DNA of 64,000 bases from contig OZ024742.1 in the NCBI GenBank assembly GCA_964016885.1, forward strand, positions 368,404,001-368,468,000, in the 5' to 3' direction. The notes under the pieces are model-generated. The model ran no database searches and was not told where the DNA came from. It worked only from the letters and a program-made list of their open reading frames with translations. The position numbers were made by a program, and so were the translations under genes. Below, piece after piece: positions 1 to 16,200 of this stretch (the first letter of the stretch is position 1; each line of letters begins with the position of its first letter). This stretch comes from Eledone cirrhosa (lineage: Eukaryota).

Positions 1-3000
1 AGAGCAGTGGAACACTAGAATACTGGAATACTGTAATACTAGAGCAATGGAGTACTGGAACACTAGAGCAGTGGAACACTAGAATATTGGAATACTGTAA
101 TACTAGAGCAATGGAGTACTGGAATACTAGAGCAGTGGAACACTAGAATACTGGATTACTGTAATACTAGAGCAATGGAGTACTGGAATACTAGAGCAGT
201 GGAACACTAGAATACTGGAATACTGTAATACTAGTGCAATGGAGTACTGGAACACTAGAGCAGTGGAACACTAGAATATTGGAATACTGTAATACTAGAG
301 CAATGGAGTACTGGAACACGAGAGCAGTGGAACATTAGAATACTGGATTACTGTAATACGAGAGCAATGGAGTACTGCAACACTAGAGCAGTGGAACACT
401 AGAATACTGGAATACTGTAATACTAGTGCAATGGAGTACTGGAACACTAGAGCAGTGGAACACTAGAATATTGGAATACTGTAATACTAGAGCAATGGAC
501 TACTGGAACACGAGAGCAGTGGAACACTAGAATACTGGAATACTGTAATACTAGAGCAATGGAGTACTGGAATACTAGAGCAGTGGAACACTAGAATACT
601 GGTTTACTGTAATACTAGAGCAATGGAGTACTGGAATACTAGAGCAGGGAACACTAGAATACTGGATTACTGGAATACTAGAGCAATGGAGTACTGGAAT
701 ACTAGAGCAGGGAACACTAGAATACTGGATTACTGGAATACTAGAGCAATGGAGTACTGGAATACTAGAGCAGTGGAACACTAGAATACTGGATTACGGG
801 AAACTAGAGCAATGGAGTACTGGATTACTAGAGTAGTGGAACACTAGAATAATGGATTACTGGAATACTAGAGCAATGGAGTGTTGGAATACTAGAGCAT
901 TGGAGTACTGGAATACTGGATTACTGTAATACTAGAGCAATGGAGTACTGGAACACTAGAATACTGGATTACTGGAATACTAGAGCAATTGAGTACTGGA
1001 ATACTAGAGCAGTGGAACACTAGAATACTGGATTACTGTAATACTAGAGCAATGGAGTACTGGAATACAAGAGCAGTGGAACACTAGCATACTGGAATAC
1101 TGTAATACTAGAGCAATGGAGTACTGGAATACAAGAGCAGTGGAACACTAGAATACAGGAATACTGTAATACTAGAGCAATGGAGTACTGGAATACTAGA
1201 GCAGTGGAACACTAGAATACTGGATTACTGTAATAATAGAGCAATGGAGTACTGGAATACTAGAGCAGTGGAGCACTAGAATACTGGAATACTGTAATAC
1301 TAGAGCAATGGAGTACTGGAATACTAGAGCAGTGGAACACTAGATAACTGGATTACTGGAATACTAGAGCAATGGAGTACTGGAATACTAGAGCAGTGGA
1401 ACACTAGATAACTGGATTATTGGAATACTAGAGCAATGGAGTACTGGAATACTAGAGCAGTGGAACACTAGAAAACTGGATTACTGTAATACTAGAGCAT
1501 TGGAGTACTGGAATACTGGATTACTGTAATACTAGAGCAATGGAGTACTGGAACACTAGAGCAGTGGAACACTAGAATACTGGATTACTGGAATACTAGA
1601 GCAATGGAGTACTGGAATACTAGAGCAGTGGAACACTAGAATACTGGATTACTGTAATACTAGAGCAATGGAGTACTGGAATACAAGAGCAGTGGAACAC
1701 TAGAATACTGGATTACTGTAATACTAGAGCAATGGAGTACTGGAATACTGGATTACTGTAATACTAGAGCAATGGAGTACTGGAACACTAGAGCAGTGGA
1801 ACACTATAATACTGGAATACTGTAATACTAGAGAAATGGAGTACTGGAATACTAGAGCAGTGGAACACTAGAATACTGGATTACTGGAATAATATAGCAA
1901 TGGAGTACTGGAATACTAGAGCAGTGGAACACTAGAATACTGGATTACTGTAATACTAGAGTAATGGAGTACTGGAATACTAGAGCAGTGGAACACTAGA
2001 ATACTGGATTACTGTAATACTAGAGCAATGGAGTACTGGAATACAAGAGCAGTGAAACACTAGAATACTGGAATACTGTAATACTAGAGCAATGGAGTAC
2101 TGGAATACAAGAGCAGTGGAACACTAGAATACTGGAATACTGTAATACTAGAGCAATGAAGTACTGGAATACTAGAACAGTGGAACACTAGAATACTCGA
2201 ATACTGTAATACTAGAGCAGTGGAACACTAGAATACTGGATTACTGTAATACTAGAGCAATGGAGTACTGGAATACAAGAGCAGTGGAACACTAGAATAC
2301 TGGAATACTGTAATACTAGAGCAATGGAGTACTGGAATACAAGAGCAGTGGAACACTAGAATACAGGAATACTGTAATACTAGAGCAATGGATTACTGGA
2401 ATACTAGAGCAGTGGAACACTAGAATACTGGATTACTGTAATACTAGAGCAATGGAGTACTGGAATACAAGAGCAGTGAAACACTAGAATACTGGAATAC
2501 TGTAATACTAGAGCAATGGAGTACTGGAATACAAGAGCAGTGGAACACTAGAATACTGGAATACTGTAATACTAGAGCAATGAAGTACTGGAATACTAGA
2601 ACAGTGGAACACTAGAATACTCGAATACTGTAATACTAGAGCAGTGGAACACTAGAATACTGGATTACTGTAATACTAGAGCAATGGAGTACTGGAATAC
2701 AAGAGCAGTGGAACACTAGAATACTGGAATACTGTAATACTAGAGCAATGGAGTACTGGAATACAAGAGCAGTGGAACACTAGAATACAGGAATACTGTA
2801 ATACTAGAGCAATGGAGTACTGGAATACTAGAGCAGTGGAACACTAGAATACTGGATTACTGTAATACTAGAGCAATGGTGTACTGGAATATTAGAGCAG
2901 TGGATCACTAGAATAGTGGAATACTGTAATACTAGAGCAATGGAGTACTGGAATACTAGAGCAGTGGAACACTAGAATACTGGATTACTGTAATACTAGA

Positions 3001-6000
3001 GCAATGGTGTACTGGAATACTAGAGCAGTGGAACACTAGAATACTGGAATACTGTAATACTAGAGCAATGGATTACTGGAACACTAGAGCAGTGGAACAC
3101 TAGAATACTGGAATACTGTAATACTAGAGCAATGGAGTACTGGAATACAAGAGCAGTGGAACACTAGAATACTGGAATACTGTAATACTAGAGCAATGGA
3201 GTACTGGAATACTAGAACAGTGGAACACTAGAATACTGGAATACTGTAATACTAGAGCAATTGAGTACTGGAATACTAGAGTAGTGGAACATTAGAATAC
3301 TGGAATACTGTAATACTAGAGCAATGGAGTACTGGAATACTAGAGCAGGGAACACTAGAATACTGGATTACTGGAATACTAGAGCAATGGAGTACTGGAA
3401 TACTAGAGCAGTGGAACACTAGATAACTGGATTACTGGAATACTAGAGCAATGGATTACTGGAATACTAGAGCAGTGGAACACTAGAATACTGGATTACT
3501 GTAATACTAGAGCAATGGAGTACTGGAATACTAGAGCAGTGGAACACTAGAATACTGGATTACTGGAATACTAGAGCAATGGAGTACTGGAATACTAGAG
3601 CAGGTAACACTAGAATACTGGATTACTGGAATACTAGAGCAATGGAGTACTGGAATACTAGAGCAGTGGAACACTAGATAACTGGATTACTGGAATAATA
3701 GAGCAATGGAGTACTGGAATACTAGAGCAGCGGAACACTAGAATACTGGATTACTGTAATACTAGAGCAATGGAGTACTGGAATACTAGAGCAGTGGAAC
3801 ACTAGAAAACTGGATTACTGTAATACTAGAGCATTGGTGTACTGGAATACTGGATTACTGTAATACTAGAGCAATGGAGTACTGGAATACTAGAGCATTG
3901 GAGTACTGGAATACTGGATTACTGTAATACTAGAGCAATGGAATACTGGAACACTAGAGCAGTGGAACACTAGAATACTGGATTACTGGATTACTAGAGC
4001 AATTGAGTACTGGAATACTAGAGCAGTGGAACACTAGAATACTGGATTACTGTAATACTAGAACAATGGAGTACTGTAATACTAGAGCAATGGAGTACTG
4101 GAATACTAGAGCAGTGGAACACTAGAATACTGGATTACTGTAATACTAGAACAATGGAGTACTGTAATACTAGAACAATGGAGTACTGGAATACTAGAGC
4201 AGTGGAACACTAGAATACTGGATTACTGTAATACTAGAGCAATGGAGTACTGGAATACAAGATCAGTGGAACACTAGAATACTGGAATACTGGAATACTA
4301 GAGCAATGGAGTACTGGAATACTAGAGCAGTGGAACACTAGAATACTGGATTACTGTAATACTAGAGCAATGGAGTACTGGAATACTAGAGCAGTGGAAC
4401 ACTAGAATACTGGATTACTGTAATACTAGAACAATGGAGTACTGTAATACTAGAACAATGGAGTACTGGAATACTAGAGCAATGGAGTACTGGAATACTA
4501 GAGCAGTGGAACACTAGAATAATGGATTACTGGAATACTAGAGCAATGGAGTACTGGAATAATAGAGCAGTGGAACACTAGAATACTGGATTACTGGAAT
4601 ACTAGAGCAATGGAGTACTGGAATACTAGAGCAGTGGAACACTAGAATACTGGATTACTGGAATACTAGAGCAATGGAGTACTGGAATACTAGAGCAGTG
4701 GAACACTAGAATAATGGATTACTGGAATACTAGAGCAATGGAGTACTGGAATACTAGAGCAGTGGAACACTAGAATACTGGATTACTGGAATATAAGAGC
4801 AATGGAGTACTGGAATACTAGAGCAGTGGAACACTAGAATACTGGATTACTGGAATACTAGAGCAATGGAGTACTGGAATAATAGAGCAGTGGAACACTA
4901 GAGAACTGGAATACTGTAATACTAGAGCAATGGAGTACTGGAATACAAGAGCAGTGGAACACTAGAATACTGGATTACTGGAATACTATAGCAATGGAGT
5001 ACTGGAATACTAGAGCAGTGGAACACTAGAAAACTGGATTACTGTAATACTAGAGCAATGGAGTACTGGAATACTAGAGCAGTGGAACACTAGAATAATG
5101 GATTACTGGAATACTAGAGCAATGGAGTACTGGAATACTAGAGCAGTGGAACACTAGAATAATGGATTACTGGAATACTAGAGCAATGGAGTACTGAAAT
5201 ACTAGAGCAGTGGAATACTAGAATAATGGATTACTGGAATACTAGAGCAATGGAGTACTGGAATACTAGAGCAGTGGAACACTAGAATAATGGATTACTG
5301 GAATACTAGAGCAATGGAGTACTGGAATACTAGAGCAGTGGAACACTAGAATAATGGATTACTGGAATACTAGAGCAATGGAGTACTGGAATACTAGAGC
5401 AGTGGAACACTAGAATAATGGATTACTGGAATACTAGAGCAATGGAGTACTGGAATACTAGAGCAGTGGAACACTAGAATAATGGATTACTGGAATACTA
5501 GAGCAATGGTGTACTGGAATACTGGATTACTGTAATACTAGAGCAATGGAGTAATGGAATACTAGAGCAGTGGAACACTAGAATACTGGATAACTGGAAT
5601 ATTAGAGCAATGGTGTACTGGAATACTAGAGCAATGGAGCACTGGAATACTAGAGCAGTGGAACACTAGAATACTGGATTACTGGAATACTAGAGCAATG
5701 GAGTACTGGAATACTAGAGCAATTGAGTACTGGAATACTAGAGCAGTGGAACACTAGAATACTGGATTACTGTAATACTAGAGCAATGGAGTACTGGAAT
5801 ACAAGAGCAGTGGAACACTAGAATACTGGAATACTGTAATATTAGAGCAATGGAGTACTGGAATACTAGAGCAGTGGAACACTAGAATAATGGATTACTG
5901 TAATACTAGAGCAATGGAGTACTGGAATACAAGAGCAGTGGAACACTAGAATACTGGAATACTGTAATACTAGAGCAATGGAGTACTGGAATACTAGAGC

Positions 6001-9000
6001 AGTGGAACACTAGATTACTGGATTACTGTAATACTAGAGCAATGGAGTACTGGAATACTAGAGCAGTGGAACACTAGAATACTGGAATACTGTCATACTA
6101 GTGCAATGGAGTACTGGAACACTAGAGCAGTGGAACACTAGAATATTGGAATACTGTAATACTAGAGCAATGGAGTACTGGAATACTAGAGCAGTGGAAC
6201 ACTAGAATACTGGAATACTGTAATACTAGAGCAATGGAGTACTGGAACACTAGAGCAGTGGAACACTAGAATATTGGAATACTGTAATACTAGAGCAATG
6301 GAGTACTGGAATACTAGAGCAGTGGAACACTAGAATACTGGATTACTGTAATACTAGAGCAATGGAGTACTGGAATACTAGAGCAGTGGAACACTAGAAT
6401 ACTGGAATACTGTAATACTAGTGCAATGGAGTACTGGAACACTAGAGCAGTGGAACACTAGAATATTGGAATACTGTAATACTAGAGCAATGGAGTACTG
6501 GAACACGAGAGCAGTGGAACATTAGAATACTGGATTACTGTAATACGAGAGCAATGGAGTACTGCAACACTAGAGCAGTGGAACACTAGAATACTGGAAT
6601 ACTGTAATACTAGTGCAATGGAGTACTGGAACACTAGAGCAGTGGAACACTAGAATATTGGAATACTGTAATACTAGAGCAATGGACTACTGGAACACGA
6701 GAGCAGTGGAACACTAGAATACTGGAATACTGTAATACTAGAGCAATGGAGTACTGGAATACTAGAGCAGTGGAACACTAGAATACTGGTTTACTGTAAT
6801 ACTAGAGCAATGGAGTACTGGAATACTAGAGCAGGGAACACTAGAATACTGGATTACTGGAATACTAGAGCAATGGAGTACTGGAATACTAGAGCAGGGA
6901 ACACTAGAATACTGGATTACTGGAATACTAGAGCAATGGAGTACTGGAATACTAGAGCAGTGGAACACTAGAATACTGGATTACGGGAAACTAGAGCAAT
7001 GGAGTACTGGATTACTAGAGTAGTGGAACACTAGAATAATGGATTACTGGAATACTAGAGCAATGGAGTGTTGGAATACTAGAGCATTGGAGTACTGGAA
7101 TACTGGATTACTGTAATACTAGAGCAATGGAGTACTGGAACACTAGAATACTGGATTACTGGAATACTAGAGCAATTGAGTACTGGAATACTAGAGCAGT
7201 GGAACACTAGAATACTGGATTACTGTAATACTAGAGCAATGGAGTACTGGAATACAAGAGCAGTGGAACACTAGCATACTGGAATACTGTAATACTAGAG
7301 CAATGGAGTACTGGAATACAAGAGCAGTGGAACACTAGAATACAGGAATACTGTAATACTAGAGCAATGGAGTACTGGAATACTAGAGCAGTGGAACACT
7401 AGAATACTGGATTACTGTAATAATAGAGCAATGGAGTACTGGAATACTAGAGCAGTGGAGCACTAGAATACTGGAATACTGTAATACTAGAGCAATGGAG
7501 TACTGGAATACTAGAGCAGTGGAACACTAGATAACTGGATTACTGGAATACTAGAGCAATGGAGTACTGGAATACTAGAGCAGTGGAACACTAGATAACT
7601 GGATTATTGGAATACTAGAGCAATGGAGTACTGGAATACTAGAGCAGTGGAACACTAGAAAACTGGATTACTGTAATACTAGAGCATTGGAGTACTGGAA
7701 TACTGGATTACTGTAATACTAGAGCAATGGAGTACTGGAACACTAGAGCAGTGGAACACTAGAATACTGGATTACTGGAATACTAGAGCAATGGAGTACT
7801 GGAATACTAGAGCAGTGGAACACTAGAATACTGGATTACTGTAATACTAGAGCAATGGAGTACTGGAATACAAGAGCAGTGGAACACTAGAATACTGGAT
7901 TACTGTAATACTAGAGCAATGGAGTACTGGAATACTGGATTACTGTAATACTAGAGCAATGGAGTACTGGAACACTAGAGCAGTGGAACACTATAATACT
8001 GGAATACTGTAATACTAGAGAAATGGAGTACTGGAATACTAGAGCAGTGTAACACTAGAATACTGGATTACTGGAATAATATAGCAATGGAGTACTGGAA
8101 TACTAGAGCAGTGGAACACTAGAATACTGGATTACTGTAATACTAGAGTAATGGAGTACTGGAATACTAGAGCAGTGGAACACTAGAATACTGGATTACT
8201 GTAATACTAGAGCAATGGAGTACTGGAATACAAGAGCAGTGAAACACTAGAATACTGGAATACTGTAATACTAGAGCAATGGAGTACTGGAATACAAGAG
8301 CAGTGGAACACTAGAATACTGGAATACTGTAATACTAGAGCAATGAAGTACTGGAATACTAGAACAGTGGAACACTAGAATACTCGAATACTGTAATACT
8401 AGAGCAGTGGAACACTAGAATACTGGATTACTGTAATACTAGAGCAATGGAGTACTGGAATACAAGAGCAGTGGAACACTAGAATACTGGAATACTGTAA
8501 TACTAGAGCAATGGAGTACTGGAATACAAGAGCAGTGGAACACTAGAATACAGGAATACTGTAATACTAGAGCAATGGATTACTGGAATACTAGAGCAGT
8601 GGAACACTAGAATACTGGATTACTGTAATACTAGAGCAATGGAGTACTGGAATACAAGAGCAGTGAAACACTAGAATACTGGAATACTGTAATACTAGAG
8701 CAATGGAGTACTGGAATACAAGAGCAGTGGAACACTAGAATACTGGAATACTGTAATACTAGAGCAATGAAGTACTGGAATACTAGAACAGTGGAACACT
8801 AGAATACTCGAATACTGTAATACTAGAGCAGTGGAACACTAGAATACTGGATTACTGTAATACTAGAGCAATGGAGTACTGGAATACAAGAGCAGTGGAA
8901 CACTAGAATACTGGAATACTGTAATACTAGAGCAATGGAGTACTGGAATACAAGAGCAGTGGAACACTAGAATACAGGAATACTGTAATACTAGAGCAAT

Positions 9001-10249
9001 GGAGTACTGGAATACTAGAGCAGTGGAACACTAGAATACTGGATTACTGTAATACTAGAGCAATGGTGTACTGGAATATTAGAGCAGTGGATCACTAGAA
9101 TAGTGGAATACTGTAATACTAGAGCAATGGAGTACTGGAATACTAGAGCAGTGGAACACTAGAATACTGGATTACTGTAATACTAGAGCAATGGTGTACT
9201 GGAATACTAGAGCAGTGGAACACTAGAATACTGGAATACTGTAATACTAGAGCAATGGATTACTGGAACACTAGAGCAGTGGAACACTAGAATACTGGAA
9301 TACTGTAATACTAGAGCAATGGAGTACTGGAATACAAGAGCAGTGGAACACTAGAATACTGGAATACTGTAATACTAGAGCAATGGAGTACTGGAATACT
9401 AGAACAGTGGAACACTAGAATACTGGAATACTGTAATACTAGAGCAATTGAGTACTGGAATACTAGAGTAGTGGAACATTAGAATACTGGAATACTGTAA
9501 TACTAGAGCAATGGAGTACTGGAATACTAGAGCAGGGAACACTAGAATACTGGATTACTGGAATACTAGAGCAATGGAGTACTGGAATACTAGAGCAGTG
9601 GAACACTAGATAACTGGATTACTGGAATACTAGAGCAATGGATTACTGGAATACTAGAGCAGTGGAACACTAGAATACTGGATTACTGTAATACTAGAGC
9701 AATGGAGTACTGGAATACTAGAGCAGTGGAACACTAGAATACTGGATTACTGGAATACTAGAGCAATGGAGTACTGGAATACTAGAGCAGGTAACACTAG
9801 AATACTGGATTACTGGAATACTAGAGCAATGGAGTACTGGAATACTAGAGCAGTGGAACACTAGATAACTGGATTACTGGAATAATAGAGCAATGGAGTA
9901 CTGGAATACTAGAGCAGCGGAACACTAGAATACTGGATTACTCTAATACTAGAGCAATGGAGTACTGGAATACTAGAGCAGTGGAACACTAGAAAACTGG
10001 ATTACTGTAATACTAGAGCATTGGTGTACTGGAATACTGGATTACTGTAATACTAGAGCAATGGAGTACTGGAATACTAGAGCATTGGAGTACTGGAATA
10101 CTGGATTACTGTAATACTAGAGCAATGGAATACTGGAACACTAGAGCAGTGGAACACTAGAATACTGGATTACTGGATTACTAGAGCAATTGAGTACTGG
10201 AATACTAGAGCAGTGGAACACTAGAATACTGGATTACTGTAATACTAGA
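1..10249. repeat. Higher-order duplication, offset 6187 bp (1-4062 matches 6188-10249)
   Basis: Rare variants recur at +6187, e.g. GGATTACGGGAAACTAG at ~791 and ~6978, and the identical spurious ORFs at 575 and 6762. I saw only two mismatches by eye (~8050, ~9943). The copies diverge at 4063/10250. Confidence 0.92.
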
Positions 10250-13200
10250 GCAATGGAGTACTGGAATACTGGATTACTGTAATACTAGAGCAATGGAGTA
10301 CTGGAACACTAGAGCAGTGGAACACTAGAATACTGGAATACTGTAATACTAGAGCAATGGAGTACTGGAATACTAGAGAAGTGGAACACTAGAATACAGG
10401 ATTACTGTAATACTAGAGCAATGGAGTACTGGAATATTAGAGCAGTGGATCACTAGAATACTGGAATACTGTAATACTAGAGCAATGGAGTACTGGAATA
10501 CAAGAGCAGTGGATCACTAGAATAGTGGAATACTGTAATACTAGAGCAATGGAGTACTGGAATACTAGAGCAGTGGAACACTAGAATACTGGATTACTGT
10601 AATACTAGAGCAATGGTGTACTAGAATACTAGAGCAGTGGAACACTAGAATATTGGAATACTGTAATACTAGAGCAATGGATTACTGGAACACTAGAGCA
10701 ATGGAACACTAGAATACTGGAATACTGTAATACTAGAGCAATGGAGTACTGGAATACAAGAGCAGTGGAACACTAGAATACTGGAATACTGTAATACTAG
10801 AGCAATTGAGTACTGGAATACTAGAGCAGTGGAACACTAGAATACTGGAATACTGGAATACTAGAGCAATGGAGTACTGGAATACTAGAGTAGTGGAACA
10901 TTAGAATACTGGAATACTGTAATACTAGAGCAATGGAGTACTGGAATACTAGAGCAGTGGAACACTAGATAACTGGATTACTGGAATACTAGAGCAATGG
11001 AATACTGGAATACTAGAGCAGGGAACACTAGAATACTGGATTACTGGAATACTAGAGCAATGGAGTACTGGAATACTAGAGCAGTGGAACACTAGATAAC
11101 TGGATTACTGGAATAATAGAGCAATGGATTACTGGAATACTAGAGCAGTGGAACACTAGAATACTGGATTACTGTAATACTAGAGCAATGGAGTACTGGA
11201 ATACTAGAGCAGTGGAACACTAGAATACTGGATTACTGGAATACCAGAGCAATGGAGTACTGGAATACTAGAGCAGGTAACACTAGAATACTGGATTACT
11301 GGAATACTAGAGCAATGGAGTACTGGAATACTAGAGCAGTGGAACACTAGATAACTGGATTACTGGAATAATAGAGCAATGGAGTACTGGAATACTAGAG
11401 CAGCGGAACACTAGAATACTGGATTACTGTAATACTAGAGCAATGGAGTACTGGAATACTAGAGCAGTGGAACACTAGAAAACTGGATTACTGTAATACT
11501 AGAGCATTGGTGTACTGGAATACTGGATTACTGTAATACTAGAGCAATGGAGTACTGGAATACTAGAGCATTGGAGTACTGGAATACTGGATTACTGTAA
11601 TACTAGAGCAATGGAGTACTGGAACACTAGAGTAGTGGAACATTAGAATACTGGAATACTGTAATACTAGAGCAATGGAGTACTGGAATACTAGAGCAGT
11701 GGAACACTAGATAACTGGATTACTGGAATACTAGAGCAATGGAATACTGGAATACTAGAGCAGGGAACACAAGAATAATGGATTACTGTAATACTAGAGC
11801 AATGGAATACTGGAACACTAGAGCAGTGGAACACTAGAATACTGGATTACTGTAATACTAGAGCAATGGAGTACTGGAATACTGGATTACTGTAATACTA
11901 GAGCAATGGAGTACTGGAACACTAGAGTAGTGGAACATTAGAATACTGGAATACTGTAATACTAGAGCAATGGAGTACTGGAATACTAGAGCAGTGGAAC
12001 ACTAGATAACTGGATTACTGGAATACTAGAGCAATGGAATACTGGAATACTAGAGCAGGGAACACTAGAATACTGGATTACTGTAATACTAGAGCTATGG
12101 AGTACTGGAACACTAGAGCAGTGGAACACTAGAATACTGGAATACTGTAATACTAGAGAAATGGAGTACTGGAATACTAGAGCAGTGGAACACTAGAATA
12201 CTGGATTACTGTAATACTAGAGTAATGGAGTACTGGAATACTAGAGCAGTGGAACACTAGAATACTGGATTACTGTAATACTAGAGCAATGGAGTACTGG
12301 AATTCAAGAGCAGTGAAACACTAGAATACTGGAATACTGTAATACTAGAGCAATGGAGTACTGGAATACAAGAGCAGTGGAACACTAGAATACTGGAATA
12401 CTGTAATACTAGAGCTATGAAGTACTGGAATACAAGAGCAGTGGAACACTAGAATACTGGAATACTGTAATACTAGAACAATGAAGTACTGGAATACTAG
12501 AGCAGTGGAACACTAGAATACTGAAATACTGTAATACTAGAGCAATGGAGTACTGGAATACAAGAGCAGTGGAACACTAGAATACTGGTATACTGTAATA
12601 CTAGAGCAATGAAGTACTGGAATACTAGAGCAGTGGAACACTAGAATACTGGATTACTGTAATACTAGAGCAATGGAGTACTGGAATACAAGAGCAGTGG
12701 AACACTAGAATACTGGAATACTGTAATACTAGAGCAATGGAGTACTGGAATACAAGAGCAGTGGAACACTAGAATACAGGAATACTGTAATACTAGAGCA
12801 ATGGAGTACTGGAATACTAGAGCAGTGGAACACTAGAATACTGGATTACTGTAATAATAGAGCAATGGAGTACTGGAATACTAGAGCAGTGGAGCACTAG
12901 AATACTGGAATACTGTAATACTAGAGCAATGGAGTACTGGAATACTAGAGCAGTGGAAAACTAGATAACTGGATTACTGGAATACTTGAGCAATGGAGTA
13001 CTGGAATACTAGAGCAGGGAACACTAGAATACTGGATTACTGGAATACTAGAGCAGTGGAACACTAGATAACTGGATTACTGGAATACTAGAGCAATGGA
13101 TTACTGGAATACTAGAGCAGTGGAACACTAGAATACTGGATTACTGTAATACTAGAGCAATGGGGTACTGGAATACTAGAGCAGTGGAACACTAGAATAC

Positions 13201-16200
13201 TGGATTACTGGAATACTAGAGCAATGGAGTACTGGAATACTAGAGCAGGTAACACTAGAATACTGGATTACTGGAATACTAGAGCAATGGAGTACTGGAA
13301 TACTAGAGCAGTGGAACACTAGATAACTGGATTACTGGAATAATAGAGCAATGGAGTACTGGAATACTAGAGCAGCGGAACACTAGAATACTGGATTACT
13401 GTAATACTAGAGCAATGGAGTACTGGAATACTAGAGCAGTGGAACACTAGAAAACTGGATTACTGTAATACTAGAGCATTGGTGTACTGGAATACTGGAT
13501 TACTGTAATACTAGAGCAATGGAGTACTGGAATACTAGAGCATTGGAGTACTGGAATACTGGATTACTGTAATACTAGAGCAATAGAATACTGGAACACT
13601 AGAGCAGTGGAACACTAGAATACTGGATTACTGGATTACTAGAGCAATTGAGTACTGGAATACTAGAGCAGTGGAACACTAGAATACTGGATTACTGTAA
13701 TACTAGAGCAATGGAGTACTGGAATACTGGATTACTGTAATACTAGAGCAATGGAGTACTGGAACACTAGAGCAGTGGAACACTAGAATACTGGAATACT
13801 GTAATACTAGAGCAATGGAGTACTGGAATACTAGAGCAGTGGAACACTAGAATACAGGATTACTGTAATACTAGAGCAATGGAGTACTGGAATATTAGAG
13901 CAGTGGATCACTAGAATACTGGAATACTGTAATACTAGAGCAATGGAGTACTGGAATACAAGAGCAGTGGATCACTAGAATAGTGGAATACTGTAATACT
14001 AGAGCAATGGAGTACTGGAATACTAGAGCAGTGGAACACTAGAATACTGGATCACTGTAATACTAGAGCAATGGTGTACTGGAATACTAGAACAGTGGAA
14101 CACTAGAATACTGGAATACTGTAATACTAGAGCAATGGATTACTGGAACACTAGAGCAATGGAACACTAGAATACTGGAATACTGTAATACTAGAGCAAT
14201 TGAGTACTGGAATACTAGAGCAGTGGAACACTAGAATACTGGAATACTGGAATACTAGAGCAATGGAGTACTGGAATACTAGAGTAGTGGAACATTAGAA
14301 TACTGGAATACTGTAATACTAGAGCAATGGAGTACTGGAATACTAGAGCAGTGGAACACTAGATAACTGGATTACTGGAATACTAGAGCAATGGAATACT
14401 GGAATACTAGAGCAGGGAACACTAGAATACTGGATTACTGGAATACTAGAGCAATGGAGTACTGGAATACTAGAGCAGTGGAACACTAGATAACTGGATT
14501 ACTGGAATACTAGAGCAATGGATTACTGGAATACTAGAGCAGTGGAACACTAGAATACTGGATTACTGTAATACTAGAGCAATGGAGTACTGGAATACTA
14601 GAGCAGTGGAACACTAGAATACTGGATTACTGGAATACTAGAGCAATGGAGTACTGGAATACTAGAGCAGGTAACACTAGAATACTGGATTACTGGAATA
14701 CTAGAGCAATGGAGTACTGGAATACTAGAGCAGTGGAACACTACATAACTGGATTACTGGAATAATAGAGCAATGGAGTACTGGAATACTAGAGCAGCGG
14801 ACCACTAGAATACTGGATTACTGTAATACTAGAGCAATGGTGTACTGGAATACTAGAGCAGTGGAACACTAGAAAACTGGATTACTGTAATACTAGAGCA
14901 TTGGTGTACTGGAATACTGGATTACTGTAATACTAGAGCAATGGAGTACTGGAATACTAGAGCATTGGAGTACTGGAATACTGGATTATTGTAATACTAG
15001 AGCAATGGAGTACTGGAACACTAGAGCAGTGGAACACTGGAATACTGGATTACTGGAATACTAGAGCAATTGAGTACTGGAATACTAGAGCAGTGGAACA
15101 CTAGAATACTGGATTACTGTAATACTAGAGCAATGGAGTACTGGAATACTGGATTACTGTAATACTAGAGCAATGGAGTACTGGAACACTAGAGCAGTGG
15201 AACACTAGAATACTGGAATACTGTAATACTAGAGCAATGAAGTACTGGAATACTAGAGCAGTGGAACACTAGAATACTGGATTACTGTAATACTAGAGCA
15301 ATGGAGTACTGGATTACAAGAGCAGTGGAACACTAGAATACTGGAATACTGTAATACTAGAGCAATGGAGTACTGGAATACAAGAGCAGTGGAACACTAT
15401 AATACTGGAATACTGTAATACTAGAACAATGAAGTACTGGAATACTAGAGCAGTGGAACACTAGAATACTGGAATACTGTAATACTTGAGCAATGGAGTA
15501 CTGGAATACAAGAGCAGTGGAACACTAGAATACTGGTATACTGTAATACTAGAGCAATGAAGTACTGGAATACTAGAGCAGTGGAACACTAGAATACTGG
15601 ATTACTGTAATACTAGAGCAATGGAGTACTGGAATACAAGAGCAGTGGAACACTAGAATACTGGAATACTGTAATACTAGAGCAATGGAGTACTGGAATA
15701 CAAGAGCAGTGGAACACTAGAATACAGGAATACTGTAATACTAGAGTAATGGAGTACTGGAATACTAGAGCAGTGGAACACTAGAATACTGGATTACTGT
15801 AATAATAGAGCAATGGAGTACTGGAATACTAGAGCAGTGGAGCACTAGAATACTGGAATACTGTAATACTAGAGCAATGGCGTACTGGAATACTAGAGCA
15901 GTGGAACACTAGATAACTGGATTACTGGAATACTAGAGCAGTGGAACACTAGAAAACTGGATTACTGTAATACTAGAGCATTGGAGTACTGGAATACTGG
16001 ATTACTGTAATACTAGAGCAATGGAGTACTGGAATATAAGAGCAGTGGAACACTAGAATACTGGATTACTGTAATACTAGAGCAATGGAGTACTGGAATA
16101 TTAGAGCAGTGGAACACTAGAGTACTGGAATACTGTAATACTAGAGCAATGGAGTACTGGAATAATAGAGCAGTGGATCACTAGAATACTGGATTACTGT

